Source: Vicugna vicugna (lineage: Eukaryota). Taken from it: a stretch of DNA of 64,000 bases. A program made the position numbers and the translations under genes. A model generated the notes under the pieces. The model had not been told where the DNA came from. It saw only the letters and a program-made list of their open reading frames with translations, and ran no database searches. Position 1 is the first letter of the stretch; every line of letters begins with the position of its first letter. Shown here piece after piece: positions 25,657-38,640 of this stretch. Location: the NCBI GenBank assembly GCA_013265495.1, contig MU058636.1:248001-312000 (forward strand), read 5' to 3'.

Positions 25657-25674
25657 TGCCAGCAGAGGGCGCTG
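25657..25674 (+). promoter_or_regulatory. Candidate CTCF site
   Basis: TGCCAGCAGAGGGCGCTG, near-consensus CTCF core. Confidence 0.6.
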
Positions 25675-27934
25675 TGCTGCTGGTCCCCGGTGTGCGCGGG
25701 CTCTCCACCTGCAAGGTGGGCCGAGGGGGTTAAGAGAGTACATACTTGATGTGGTGACTTAGAGCTCCCCGGGAAGAGGGGAAGAGGAGAAGACGTTGCT
25801 TTCTTTCTCGCCTCCACTCCCCCACCCCTGCCCCCCACTCACACTCACGCAGTGTGGAAGTGAATGGGTGGGTGGATCCCAGACTGTGCGTTGGGCATTC
25901 ATGAATAAATAGGGAAAAGCTTGTAGAGAAGAGGACCCCTTGGGCTGTTGGCTTAGAAGAGGAGAAGGATGTGGCTTGATGCAAAGAAGAAATAAAGATG
26001 TTCCAGGAATTTGGCAGAGGGTTAAAGAAAGCGAGAGAACTTAATAAGAGCTAACACTTTTCAGAATAAAGTGATTTCCATTTAAGGGGGAAGAGCCTTA
26101 CTCTCTGTCTCTGCTGGGCTGAGCTTCAGGGAAAGACTCTTGTCCCGAAAGCTGGGCTGCTCTGCTCAAAGGAACGACCGTCTAAAAGCTTTGTGCTCTG
26201 GGTGCCGGGCTAAATGTTTGTTTCTTGTGAGTCTCACGCAGGACTGGTTAGAATTCCCCTCCTTTTATCCAGGACCTGGGCTCAGTTGCTGCTGGCAGAA
26301 GGAAGGGATGGTAGGGGTGACTATCAGATATGAGTGTTGCTGGGGCATCTTGTGGTGGAAGTTGCATACAAGTAAATTAAGTCTTTAGCCTAATTTCCTA
26401 TTCTAATAAACAGCCCTTGTCTACGACCATTCCTGAGATCAGCTAGAAACAGAAGACCCGACAGTCCCTTGATAGTTATATCTGGCTACTATTAGCTTTT
26501 ATTTACTATTTATTAAAATAATACATGTAGGTAGTTAAAAGTTCAAATATTATGGAAGCTCATCATGAAAATCAGTAGCCTCCAGCCTTGTCTCTCCCAT
26601 TCTGGTTCTGTTCCACCAAAGGCAACCACTCTGAACTCTGTTTGTAATTCTTTTGGTGGTTCCCACCATATTTCTAAATTAGGTTTAGAGGAGCTCTCCC
26701 TGAATTCTTTTGCAGATGAAGATTTAACTTCCTGACTTCAGGGTCAATTAATGAAGCGTACATCATGTTTGTCTCTTTTCTAGTGTAACTGGCTTTTCCT
26801 GCCTCAGTTTTCTACTGGAACATTTAAAAAAATATATCAATCCCTGTTTTTTCCATCAGCGCACTAGGTACTTACATTATGCGACCTCTCTCTATGGTTT
26901 ATTTTTTAAATGTTTTTTAAGATTTATTTTTCCTTCCAGTTTTACTGAGATGTAGTTGCAATATAGCGCTATGTAAGTTTAAGGTGTATTGTTTTTGATG
27001 ACATATTTTACATCTTTTTGTGTATTGCTTATTGTGGATACAGATGATTTTTTGCTGTTTTTGTCTTTTAACCTTCATCCCATGTATAGCTATAGTCATG
27101 GTTGATTTACCTCCTTTGCTGTGTATTTGCCTTTACCAGTGGGATTTTTTCTTTCGTAATCTTCACATTTCTAGTTGTGGCGTCTTCTGATTAGAGAAGT
27201 TCCTTTGAACACGTCTTGTAAGCTGGTCGGTGGTGTTGAACTCTTTGCACTTTAGTTTGTCTGTGGAGCTTCTGACCGCGCCAGCAGATCTGCACGGGAG
27301 CCTCGCGGGCAATTCAGCAGACGGACCTGTCTGAAGTGAGACTCCTTCTGTACTTGTCTGCTCCAGGCCGAAATGATAAGTATCTGCTGTTTATTTTTAC
27401 TGAAGCTGGAGTAGCTCATGGAGAGCCATCCTTTGAGATCTGCAGTGCAAAACCGACTGTCTCAGGACCCCCTTTAAAAAAAATTGAAGTACAGTCAGTT
27501 TACACTGTTGTTAATAGAACTCCTTTTCATTTGATTTTCTGTTATAAAGTGCACGAGTGTTTCTGTAAAGCAAGTGAATAAAGCCTGCTCTACGTGTTCC
27601 CACGCTGAAAGACGGTAGTCATAAGCATCTGACGTCTGGCCTTGGAACTGCTTACCTAACATTCTTCCAGCTTTGCCTGGCAGCAAGCTCTGTACTCAGA
27701 AATGTTACCTTCTCTTACCTTCTTCCCAGCTCACATTCCGGTGTGAAGTAAACTGCTTTGGGTCCAAAGCTAGGCATTGAATAATGCATTGAGTAAATAA
27801 ACCGAGTTAGAAATATGAGAGGAACAGGACGCTCATGCCATTTCATATGAATTGTAGGGCTGTCTGACTTAGGAACTTACATTCAGAGGTATATTCATGA
27901 GCTGATTGATTAAAATCCAACCTGTTTCTCTCAC

Positions 27935-28203
27935 TGGACATATATGATAAAGAATAGGCTGATTGAAACAGACTCACAGACATAGAAAACAAACATGGCT
28001 ACCCGGCAGATGGGGAAGCAGGGAGGGAGGGATAAATTGGGAGTTTGGGATGGGCTGACGCAAACTACTATGTGCAGAACAGATAGAGCACAGGGAACCT
28101 GTAGTGACCTGTAATGGAAAAGAATGCATGTATATATAACTGAATCACTATGCTGCACACCAGAAACCAACACGACATCGTAGATAAAAAAAAATAAAAA
28201 AAA
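27935..28203 (+). mobile_element. LINE-1 3' end with poly(A)
   Basis: gaaacagactcacagacatagaaaacaaac...ctgaatcactatgctg...aaaaaa. Confidence 0.85.
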
Positions 28204-29227
28204 GAAGCAGCTGATTTTTCAGCCCACGTGATGGATGATGACGAGCCGTCAGCCCAGTCGGGTCCAGTGACTGTTCTGGGAACGGGTTATGAGACAAGGA
28301 AGGAGCACTTCTCTTCCAGTTGGAGACAAAGAAATAGGAAACGTGTTGAAAATAAAAATGTCCATGGGAAGGGGTTTAAAGGGCCCCCCACATTCCCAGT
28401 CCACACGGGATATCTGGGGTACGTCGGGCACGTACTGGACGTGTGTTTGTCCATGTGAGGCTGGAGAATGAAAACAGCGATTCTCTTGAACGTCTCTGCT
28501 GTTCACATTTTGAAGTGTTAGGCTGCTTGGCTTTCTGGAGGCTTGTTTCAGGGGAAGTTACACTTGGAGCAGCTGCTGTGCTGGAGATCTGCCCTTAGAG
28601 GACAGCTGTCAACCTTGATTTTTCTCACGGCTGGAAAACTGGACTCAGCTTATCTCGGAGTTCCTGTGCTGCCTACTGGAGGTCAGACTCTGTCTGCTTG
28701 GTGACTTGTGACAGGCAGGGAGCTCCAGACCCACATTTCAACAGGCCCTGTTTTCTGATGTGTGGTTTCCAATCCTGGCCAGATCACGAGTGTTTCCACG
28801 AGGACCGTGTCCACCACGCACGTAGCCCAGTTCCACCCTTGCTGAGTCAGGTCCCCGGAGGGAGGTTTACAGGTTGGTATTGCTGTCAGATCTTGTCTTC
28901 TCCTAGGAAGCTTCCAGAGGCTTCCCGTCTCTCGAAGAGGAAAGGGCCAGGGTGTGGACGTGAGCCGCAGGGCCCCCTCGCTGCTCCACCAACAGGACGG
29001 CAGCAGCAGCCGCCGCCCTCCCACTCAGCGTTCTGCTGCATGCTGCTCCCTCTCCACAGAGCTCTTCCCTGCGCACCCCCGTGGCGGGCTCCTGCTCCAT
29101 CACCTTGTCCGTGACACGTTCCCTGATCGCTGTTGAAAGTGACCTCCTCTGTGACCCCCGCCAGTGAACCTTTCTGTGTCCTCCGCCCCTGATCTGTTCC
29201 CCTCCCTGCTGTTTATCACCACCTCTC

Positions 29228-29701
29228 TGTTGCCTAAAGCGAGTTCGTGTGCCCGCCGCACCACGAGGCCAAACCAACTGAAACGTCAGAGTTTGGAGCA
29301 GAGAAAGGTTTATTGCAGGGCCGAACAAGGACGACGGGGTGGCTCATGTCCAAGAAAACCCCGAACTCCTGGAAGGATTTCAGCAAAGCCTACTTAAAGG
29401 CCAGGTGAAGGAGGGGGTCACAGGTATGCGATCAGCGCATGCACGATTCTCTGATAGGCTGATATGGAGGGAACGGGGCATCAACACCATCAACCCCCAG
29501 GAGCCAGAAGGTCTGGGGACCATGTGCTCTCGATCATCAAGTGGTTCATTTCTTCCCTTTGGTGGTGGTTTTTAGCATCTGAAAAACTCAGGAAATATAC
29601 ATAAGATACTATTATCCGGGTCCTTCAGAGAGGAGCTGCAGCAGAGGTCATGGGGGAGGGGTCTGACCCTGGTCGTCCCCACAGGGTCCTGCTCCTTTAC
29701 A
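29228..29701 (-). mobile_element. Solo ERV LTR (474 bp, ERV1-like)
   Basis: TGT...ACA termini; 4-bp TSD tctc at 29224-29227 and 29702-29705; AATAAA on the minus strand near 29330. Confidence 0.75.
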
Positions 29702-30276
29702 TCTCCTGTGACAAAGTTTACTTGGTTTTGAAATCTGATTTCTTCTCTAGAATGTAATTCCCTCGAATGTGTGCATTTGGGCCTTGGTTCCTGGCGGTGC
29801 CCGGCACAGGCCCTGGTACTAGGTGGGCTCAGTGAGCACCTGGGGAAGGCTGGCTGGCTGGGTTTTTGACAAGCTCCTGATTGTTCTTCATGTCACCCAA
29901 TTTCAGGAAGCCCTGGTCTAACCAATGTTTACAAGGAAACTGGCTGAACCCCAAGGAATGGTTCTGTTTCCTCCTGGTCATCTCTCCCCGTTCCCCAAGC
30001 CCTCCGACTTGCTAAATGCCCAGGACTCCCTGGCAGCTGGTGCCCAGCCACGCTGGCAGGGATGCTGACACATGCAATTTGAGTAGGAATCTTTTGGGGG
30101 CTATGAGCTCACCTGGTGAACAAGCTCTTCTGTGGGGAAGCACCCTCAATCACCCCTTCACCCCTCAGGTGTTCTTTCCCCGGAGCTGTGCTGTCCACGT
30201 CTCCTATGGTTACACTTGACACCGTTCAGCAGGATTGAACTCAAAGGGGAGATCTGAACACATCTACCTCCTCAGG

Positions 30277-30386
30277 CGTGGCTGCCACTCAGAGTGTTCT
30301 CAGACCAGCAGCATTGGTTTCACCTGGGAACTCATTAGAACTGCAACATCTCAGACCCACTCCAGGCCTCCTGAATCAGGATATGC
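30277..30386. mobile_element. MER5-like hAT-Charlie fragment
   Basis: cagaccagcagcatt...cacctgggaactcattagaa...ctgaatcag. Confidence 0.65.
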
Positions 30387-30675
30387 ATGCAGTGGTTAAT
30401 TTTATGCAATTTGACTCGGCCACAGTGCCTAGCTATTTGGTCAAACATTACCCTAGATGTTTCTTTGAAGTTGCCTTTTGGATGAGACGAACGTTTAAAT
30501 TGGTGGGCTTTGAGTAATGCAGGTATACCCTCCATAATATGGGTGGGCCTCATGCAATCAGCTGAAGTCCAGAACAGAACAAAGACTGACTGACCTCCCT
30601 GAGCAAGAAGGAATTCTGCCAGCAGATGGTGTACAGACCCAAATGGAAAATCAGCTTCTCTTGGGCCTCCAGCTC
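30387..30675 (+). mobile_element. MLT2 (ERVL) LTR fragment
   Basis: tggttaattttatg...tatttggtcaaacatta...gggtgggcctcat. Confidence 0.75.
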
Positions 30676-30990
30676 TCCAAACCCTGTCCTTTTGGGGTTT
30701 TACAGAGGCTTTGTTGCAAAGTCATAATTGATTAAATCATCAGCCGTTGGCGATTGAACTCAGTCTCCAGGAGTGGGTGGGACTGAAAGTTCCAACCCTC
30801 CAATCATGTGGTTGGCTCCCCTGGCAACTAGCCCGCTTACCTAGGAGCTTTCCAAGAGTCCCCACGTGAACACAACAAAAGACACCTTTATCCCTGTCAA
30901 CATTTTGGAAATCCCAAGGGTTCTAGGAGTTCTGTTGCAGGAACTGGGATGAAGACCAAGTATGTATTTCTTATGACAAATCGCAGTACC
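30676..30990 (-). mobile_element. MER21-like LTR fragment
   Basis: attgattaaatcat...ctgaaagttccaaccctc...ggaactgggatgaagaccaa. Confidence 0.65.
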
Positions 30991-31525
30991 CCAGCACCTT
31001 GAGTGGAAGAAGGCTGGAAGTAATTCTGTCTTATTACCATCAGTAATTCTGATGGTTGTGTAGAGCGAAACTCCAGGCAGTTGTCCGACAGGGATGATCT
31101 TCCCGGAGGCAGTGGCAGCAAATGGTTACCTGGGGCTGTTTCCTGATCCATCAGGTGTCCTCAGGCTGCTGCATGTTGGGTGATTAATTTTGTCACTCTG
31201 GGTCTGGCTGCTGTCAGGTCTTGCAGAAGTGCCCGTGCCTCAGGTGCTCTGTCTCCTAGCCCTTTGCTCTTGTAGTTGGCACTTCTAACGGATGGTGTGT
31301 TTGAAATTTAGACAATCTGTTGAGACTATACTTTGGATAAGAGTCGGCCCGAGTCGTGCCTTCGGGAGCTGAGCTAGGGCTTGGGCAGGTCTTCCAGCGA
31401 TAAGCCTTGGAGCAGCTCCAGGAGGCGTGGTTCACCGTATCCTTCAGGTTCCCAGTTTATGCCTGTGCATGATTTCATTGATCATTGACTGTCTGCTGTG
31501 TGCCAGGAAGGTACGAAGTTGAAGT

Positions 31526-31921
31526 TGTTAAAAGACAAAATTCAGCTGAGTAAATTTAAAAGATCTCATTGGCTTTGTTCAGTGATTCATGAGCTGGGCA
31601 GCGTCCTATCCGGCAGAGAGAAAGGTGCTCTGAGGAACTGAACCAAATGGAAGAGTTTACGGGCAGAAAGGGGGTGAGACAAGGAAGCTACTTGCAAACA
31701 GCAGATGGTTTGGGGCAAGGTCACCTTCCTTTGGGGGACCTCAGGGCTCCGTCAGGCTGATCACCTCGCTGGTGCTGACCAGGTGATTCCAGACGGACTG
31801 GTTGAGCTCACATTCCTGGAGAGGCTGGGAACTGCAGTTAGGTTAGGTATTGAGTCTCTGATGACATGGGCTTTGCACAAGTGACTCCATCTTGGCCCTC
31901 CTGTGTCTTTTTTTTTAAACA
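31526..31921. mobile_element. Probable ERV1-class LTR
   Basis: tgttaaaagac...aaaca termini and LTR-like composition; no clear TSD. Confidence 0.45.
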
Positions 31922-32792
31922 AATAGAGCGTTCTTGTGGTTCCCAGGATCTCTTTTGGAGATAGACAGACACAATCCAAAGCCAAGCAGAGACAGCGTCA
32001 TGCAGGTGTAAACACCATACTGGGACCTGGAGGAAGACAAGCCCTTGTGAACTGGACCTGACTTAGTGGGAGAAGGAAGGTTGGATGGGAGGGCGAGATG
32101 GGAGGGTCGTCTGGTTCTGGAGGGACCGCGGGAGGAGATGCCTCAGGCGGGAGCTGAAGGATGAGCCACAGTGGCCTAGTGAAGGGTGTGTGTGAGGGTC
32201 GGGTCATTCAGGTGTGTTTGAACGTGAGTCCATGGTGAGTATCTGGCCGGACGCATTGAACTGTTAACCACACGCCCGTTACCCACGGCGTGCTTCGGAG
32301 AGTGGGCTGCTGTGTTGAATCAGTGACTTTGCAGTAAGAACTGTAGCGCGCCGCCAGCCCTGGGGGGTGATGCACCTGTGGGTGCGCGTTCCTCGGCTGA
32401 TGCTGGCTTCCTCCTCTCTGTGTCAGTGTCCTCCTCCTGCACTGGGGGCATGAGCCCCTTTCCATTTTGTGGTCTTTGACGCATCTCTTCCCTTTACATA
32501 CGTTGTTTATATGTTTCCCACGTTCATAGCACGAGGCTCCTAGAAGCTGGGTCAGTTTCCCTGCTTAGATCGAGTGACACGAAACAGACACATAGCTATC
32601 AAAGTTGGAAAACTGAGATCACATTACTTTTTCTTATCAGATGTGTTTTATTTTTCTTCCAGGAACTAGCTTCGAGAGGACCAGCACAGCCATTTCTTTG
32701 TCCTGAGCTTTGAAATATTTTGCTTTTACAGTCCTGTGTGTCATTTTCAAAACTTTGCTTTCTCGCTTTTTGGACTTCGCAGCTGTGACTGA

Positions 32793-32927
<135 letters not shown>

Positions 32928-33237
32928 TAAAAAGTTATTTAAAATTCATCCCCTTAAGTCGGTGCAGAATGAGATCTGGCTGCAAGGTCATGTGACTGAG
33001 AAAGCGTCACCAGACTTGAATGAAATTTGTTTGTGTGAATAGCCATGATCTTTGCATAAAGGGCAACTCCTTTAGGTCTTAGCTTAAGGGTAATTGCAGT
33101 TACAAAAAGAGGCATTGAGAAATGGCCATGGGGTTGAGTAGGGTCCTACTTTTAGCCCCTTTTCCTGTTCCAAACACAAAGCAACGTTGGGTAAAATTTT
33201 TTAAAAATGTAACACGCTTAGCTGGTTTTTACAATAA

Positions 33238-33507
<270 letters not shown>

Positions 33508-33987
33508 TAATTTGCAACTTATTTGTTGCTTTGGATTTTTTAAGACAGAAAAAAATTGGTCTGTTGGCTGATTATCCTCTCAAGGTTCATGACGGTATTT
33601 TGGGGGAGCGACGGTGTACACACAGTGTCTGAAACACCTGCTGGGAACACAGAAGTGGTTCAAACCACGTTTTCTGATGTCAGGTTTCTGAGTCCCCCTT
33701 GATTTTTGTCACTGGTGTTCCTTACATCCCCCTGGAGCTTGCTAGTTTGGGTAGCAGATGATGGACTGTATTGCTGTCTAGTATGTGTCAGCATGAAGGT
33801 AATTTGACAAGAATCTTCTCCCTCCTCACACTTGTTTCAGTGCATCTCCGAGTTCATTGGCTACAATCATCTTCATACTCTGTCTCCTGTTTTCTGTCCT
33901 TTTTGGGGGCTCTTCTTTCTCTCTGGGCTCTTTCTCTCCCTCTCCCCTTCGCTTCCTGTGTGTCTGTCTGTCTGTCTCTCAGACTTT

Positions 33988-34007
33988 CACACACACACAC
34001 ACACACA
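33988..34007. repeat. (CA)10 microsatellite in a CT-rich tract
   Basis: Direct count. Confidence 0.9.
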
Positions 34008-34467
34008 TACCCCTTTTCTCTCTCTTTCTCTCCCTTCCTCTCTCTCCAAACGTGTGTATATTTTCCTGGGAATAGTAAATGAATGAATGCAATACAAATC
34101 AAAGCAGAGATACTTTGCCCCGAAAGTTCTTCATTGATAAAACGAGTTCAGTTCTCTGTTGTCGGTTGATCATACAGAAGCATTCTTTCAGTCTGATCTA
34201 ACACGATCGAGGACTGGGAAGTTGTACACTTCAAAGTGCTTGTTTCTTGCTAGAACCAAAATGGGATCATTTAAACCTCAGCTGTGTTTCCTCTGTTCCC
34301 CTCCGAATTTACTGAGTGACACTAGACCACAGCCAGTGACCTGAGTTTTAGGGCATCAGCCGTGCTGCGCGTTGCTTTGCCCTGTGTTTGCCCTGCCTTG
34401 TCGTTTGGTATTTCAGTTATTCATTTGGAACTTTTGAAACTAACAAGTTTCTTTCTTCCTGTAACAG

Positions 34468-34513
34468 AAGCGGCATAAGGCAGACAGCGCAGTTAACAGA
34501 AAGAAAACCATAG
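34468..34513 (+). CDS. ATP8A2: ATP8A2 exon 5 (46 nt): KRHKADSAVNRKKTI
   Basis: taacag|AAG acceptor, G|gtaaga donor. Confidence 0.94.
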
Positions 34514-34798
34514 GTAAGACGCCGGCCTGGGTCCCTTTCCCACCAGAAACCTGAAGAATAAGACCTGCATTTAAGGAATTTTGTTTTATTTAAAAATATG
34601 TAAATTTTTTAAAATTGAAGTATAGTCAGTTTACACTGTTGTGTAGGAATTTTAAATAAGTGGTTAATGGTATTGGGATAAATGGAAGGAAATAATTTAT
34701 AAAATACTTTAAAAATAGCAAAATGACAAATAAATCCAAAAAATGTGAGTCCTGGTAGTTAAGATTTGAATGGAATTTGTGTATTTTAGAGTTTTAGA

Positions 34799-34912
34799 GG
34801 TGGAGGTTGTAGCTCAGAGGTAGAGCATGTGCTTAGCATGCATGAGGTCCCGGCTTCAATCCCCAGTACCTCCGTATAAATACATAAACCTAATTACCAC
34901 CCCCCCACAAAT
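34799..34912 (+). mobile_element. tRNA-derived SINE (Vic-1-like)
   Basis: A and B boxes; TSD gttttaga at 34791-34798 and 34913-34920. Confidence 0.88.
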
Positions 34913-35394
34913 GTTTTAGAAAAGGTTGTAATTTTCAGGAGCGAGACATATTTTATATTCATAAAAAGTCAAAGCATCCGCGTCCTGGTTTACTAATAGT
35001 CTCGTCCTCTGCCTTCTTCCTGCTGCATTCCTGGAACAGCAGCTCTGTGCTCTTGTTGGGGCGATTTGGTAAATCTTGTAACAGCAGGAGTGATTTGTTT
35101 TTCTTCATATAGGCTAGACATGAGTAGACCTAACTTCCTTGCCTACGTCTGTATTTATGTGCCCACATTACTGTGTATATGATCCGTGAGTGCCTAGCTC
35201 GGGGCTCCATTTCGGGGTGTGGTGGTGTTACATACACCTTCATGTCTAAGGATATGGTAAGCTGGAATTAATGAGTGGAACTATTTATTTTTTATTTTGG
35301 AACTTAATGTATTTATTGAAAATATATTTTAATATATGTATTTATTTTGGAACTTAATATATTTATTGGAAAAATGTTAAGTATATCGGAATGA

Positions 35395-35610
35395 CTGGGG
35401 TGTGTGAATCTACTATTTATGAAATATGAATATTTCCAATGAAAATTTATTATCTAAACTGAGATGTGTTGTCAGTGTAAAACACACACCAGATTTCAAG
35501 TACTTAGTATAAAAAGATTTTAAAATATCTCATTAATAATTTTCTTTTTGGAATACATGCAGATATTTGGGGTATATTGGGTAAAATATATTATTAAAAT
35601 TAATTTCACA
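35395..35610. mobile_element. Charlie1/MER33-like hAT fragment
   Basis: gagatgtg..gtgtaaaacacacaccagatttcaag...attaaaattaatttcac. Confidence 0.65.
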
Positions 35611-35713
35611 GTAAGTGGAACTCTAAAAGGAGCCTTTTGGATTTTAGAAAGCTGATTTTTCTCTTGATTATCATTAATATTAACCGATACATTGTTTTGT
35701 TTTTCTTTCTCAG

Positions 35714-35754
35714 TGTTAAGAAATGGTGTGTGGCATACCATCATGTGGAAAGAG
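35714..35754 (+). CDS. ATP8A2: ATP8A2 exon 6 (41 nt): (V)LRNGVWHTIMWKE
   Basis: tctcag|TG acceptor, GAG|gtaaaa donor. Confidence 0.94.
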
Positions 35755-36606
35755 GTAAAAAATGAATTTTAAAGATATGTCAGAAAGCATCTGCTTGGAG
35801 ACTTGTAATTAATTGCATGTATTGGTTGCGGTAGAAGGTTTGTGCTAAGACACAGGCCACCTCCCTTTAATGGAAGTCTGCCTTGCAGAGTCCCCCTCCC
35901 CACCCACGAGGAGGAGTTCCTCCCTCTGCTCCCGCATCCGCTGGAAGGCATTCACCTTGTCTGTTCAGAGTTGGGAAATTCCTTGCTCCTGATAGGTTAT
36001 TTCAGAAAATTTGAAGCATTTTCTAGTTTCTAAATCCAACTCAAGACACGTTTTCCCTGGTCTTCTGTTGTTCTCTTAACCCAAATTCAATGTGTTAAAG
36101 ATTTATTTTTTCAACTTTTGAGATTCTCACGTCTGACGTTGTTGGTGGAAAGAGTTTGGATTTATGATGACGATTAAATATAAAGGATGGAGTGGGGGTC
36201 GGGGACCATCCTGTGTCGGTTCTGAGGCCGAGCTGCTTGAGCTCGTCCCAAAGTTCTTAGCTTTACAAGAGTAAGAAGGTCTGTCCCCACATCCCTGGAG
36301 TATGAGGTCGGCAGGGTTTGAGGATGGTGCGGTGGGTTTTGGTTGTTTATAGCGATTAACAGAAAACTGAGGAGAAATCTCTTGTTCTATCTGGACATTT
36401 TGTATCTACTAAAATGATCTTTTTCAGTGAGTTTCTCTTGTGGCTGGAACTTAATGCTCACAAGATGTTTTTGGAGGCTGACTGTCAATTCCTCCAGGAT
36501 TCAAAGCTGATTAGCATGATTTCCGAAGAAAATCACATTTTAGTAGAGTAACTCATAATAGTTTCTCTTGCTGCATTTAATAAGCAATGCTTTAAAACGC
36601 CTCTGC

Positions 36607-36693
36607 GGGGGGCGAGGGCACAACTCAGCGGCAGAGCGCGAGCTTAGCATGTGCAAGGCCCTGGGTTCAACCCTCAGTCCTGCCATTAAGAGA
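36607..36693 (+). mobile_element. tRNA-derived SINE, short GC-eroded copy
   Basis: B box GGTTCAA; TSD aaaacg(c/t)ctctg at 36594-36605 and 36694-36705. Confidence 0.82.
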
Positions 36694-37347
36694 AAAACGT
36701 CTCTGTGACCTTGGGAGCCCGCAGAATGCACGCGATATGGGAACTACAGGTTTTATTTTCTTTCTACTTTATTTCGGGAGAACCATTGAGCCCCTATGAT
36801 AGTGTTTTGTGACAACGCCTTTTCCTTGGTAGCCACCCGGAAGTCCTGCACTGCAAATACTAATTGACCTCACTCTTATTTGGAAACGTGGTGGTTCTCG
36901 GGCAAGAGGTGGACAGTTCTTGACTTCACAGTTCTAGGGGTGCTCACAGCGCTCTAGGAATTCAAGAACTCCCAGGGCACTCAGGAACGGCCTCTTCCTC
37001 TCACATTCCTGTGGCCTCTCTGCTCCCCAGACAGGCCCTCCTACTGACTGCAGTGGAGAATCATTTGGATTTGAGATGTTGACACCACTTGAAACAGCAG
37101 AAAATGGAGCGATGATCTCAGAATTCTGGAGCCAGGAGTCAATGGATTTGCAGATTCCTAAAGCTCAGTCCTGTTTCCCACGTATATTTGGACAGAAACA
37201 ACAGGAACAAAAACCCAAATCAGATGCCTGTTATGTGCTTTGCAATTTGTTTATTTAAATGGAGCTCTGCACATGTACTGAGACTGTTAGGCACTGGGGA
37301 CGCAGAGAAGAGTGCAGCGTGGCCCCTGCCCCTGAAGGGGTTTTGTA

Positions 37348-37530
37348 AGTGGTTCCGACTTCAGCGGGCACCCCAGTCACCTGGCAGGCTGGGGCCTCGG
37401 AGGCCTGGGCCCCCCATCAGACCTTCCGACTCTGTAGATCCAGGCTGGGGCCTTAGAACTGGCACTTTTAACGAGTCCCTAGGTGAGCTGATGCTGCTGG
37501 TCCGGGGCTGACGCTCCAGGGCCACGGCGT
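37348..37530. mobile_element. MER5A-like DNA transposon
   Basis: agtggtt...tcacctgg...ttttaacgagtccctaggtgagctgatgctgctggtcc. Confidence 0.6.
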
Positions 37531-38496
37531 AGTGGACACGACAGGCGGGCACACAACGTGGTGTGGGCGCTGAGCCCGGGGGCAAGTGCCCCAGGCGGGA
37601 GGTCCCTGGGAGCACCAGGGAGGGATGACTCGCCTGGCCCCGCTGGTTCAGGTCAGGAGGGCTTCCCTGGTGAGGCGCTCCAGCGCTCTCCTGAGGGATG
37701 AGCCAGAGGTAACCAGTCTAAGAGGGAAGTGGGGCTCAAGACGGAGGTAGCTGGGTGAAGCTGGGGGCGGTACGGGAAGCCAGCACACGTGCAGAGCTGC
37801 TCCGAGTGCAGGTGAGGAGGTGGGAGAGGGCAGGGGTACCGTGCCGAGGGGGCAGGCACGGGGGCTGGCTGTCCCGCAGGTTCCCAAGGCAGCAGGACTC
37901 TAACCTGAGACAGAGTCTCGGGCCGGCTACCCCGGTCCCTGGGCTGCGGCTGCCTGAGCGTGAGGGGCAGCTCTGGGTGGGCCTCCGTGGCTTTGGCTCT
38001 TTGGAGGCAGGCAAGGGGTACTCTTTGACACCTTAGAACTTCTTACTGTAGGTAGATTCACACACTCAAGGGGCAGCCACACATCAGAGCCCCAGGTAGA
38101 AAACCCTTTTCAAAGAAAATTCCAACTAAGTAGTTTCTCATACACATGAAGCTCTGAGTCCTTTGTTCCTGGGGTGTCACTGTTTCTTTATTCAGCTGTA
38201 AAGAGGCAGGGGAAGCCATCACTTCCCTTTTCCAGTACTTTTTTTCCCCCCGAAAATATGAGTTCTCTTCCTCTCTAGTTTCTTTTTTTTTGTCTCAACT
38301 AATTGCTTCTGATTTTTTCCTATGTAATTAAACTAATCACAGAAGCACGCAGAAAACGTCTTCAGCTTTTGTAAGCACCCTGGCTGGTGGACTGGTGGTT
38401 GTTGAAATAGATCTGTGGCTTCTCTTCTTTGACTTTGTTGTGGAACCTGCCTTAATTATATGCCTTTCTTTTGCCTTTAAATTGGGTACAAGTCAA

Positions 38497-38640
38497 GGAG
38501 GGTATAGCTTAGGGGTAGAGCGTGTGCTTAGCATGCACAAGGTCTTGGGTTCAATCCCTAGCACCTCCATTAAAAAAATAAATAGGTAAATAAACCTGAT
38601 TACCTCCCCCCTGAAAAAATTTTTTAAGAAGGAAGAAAAA
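38497..38640 (+). mobile_element. tRNA-derived SINE (Vic-1-like)
   Basis: ggagggtatagct...ggttcaatccc...taaacctgattacctcccc followed by an A tail. Confidence 0.88.
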
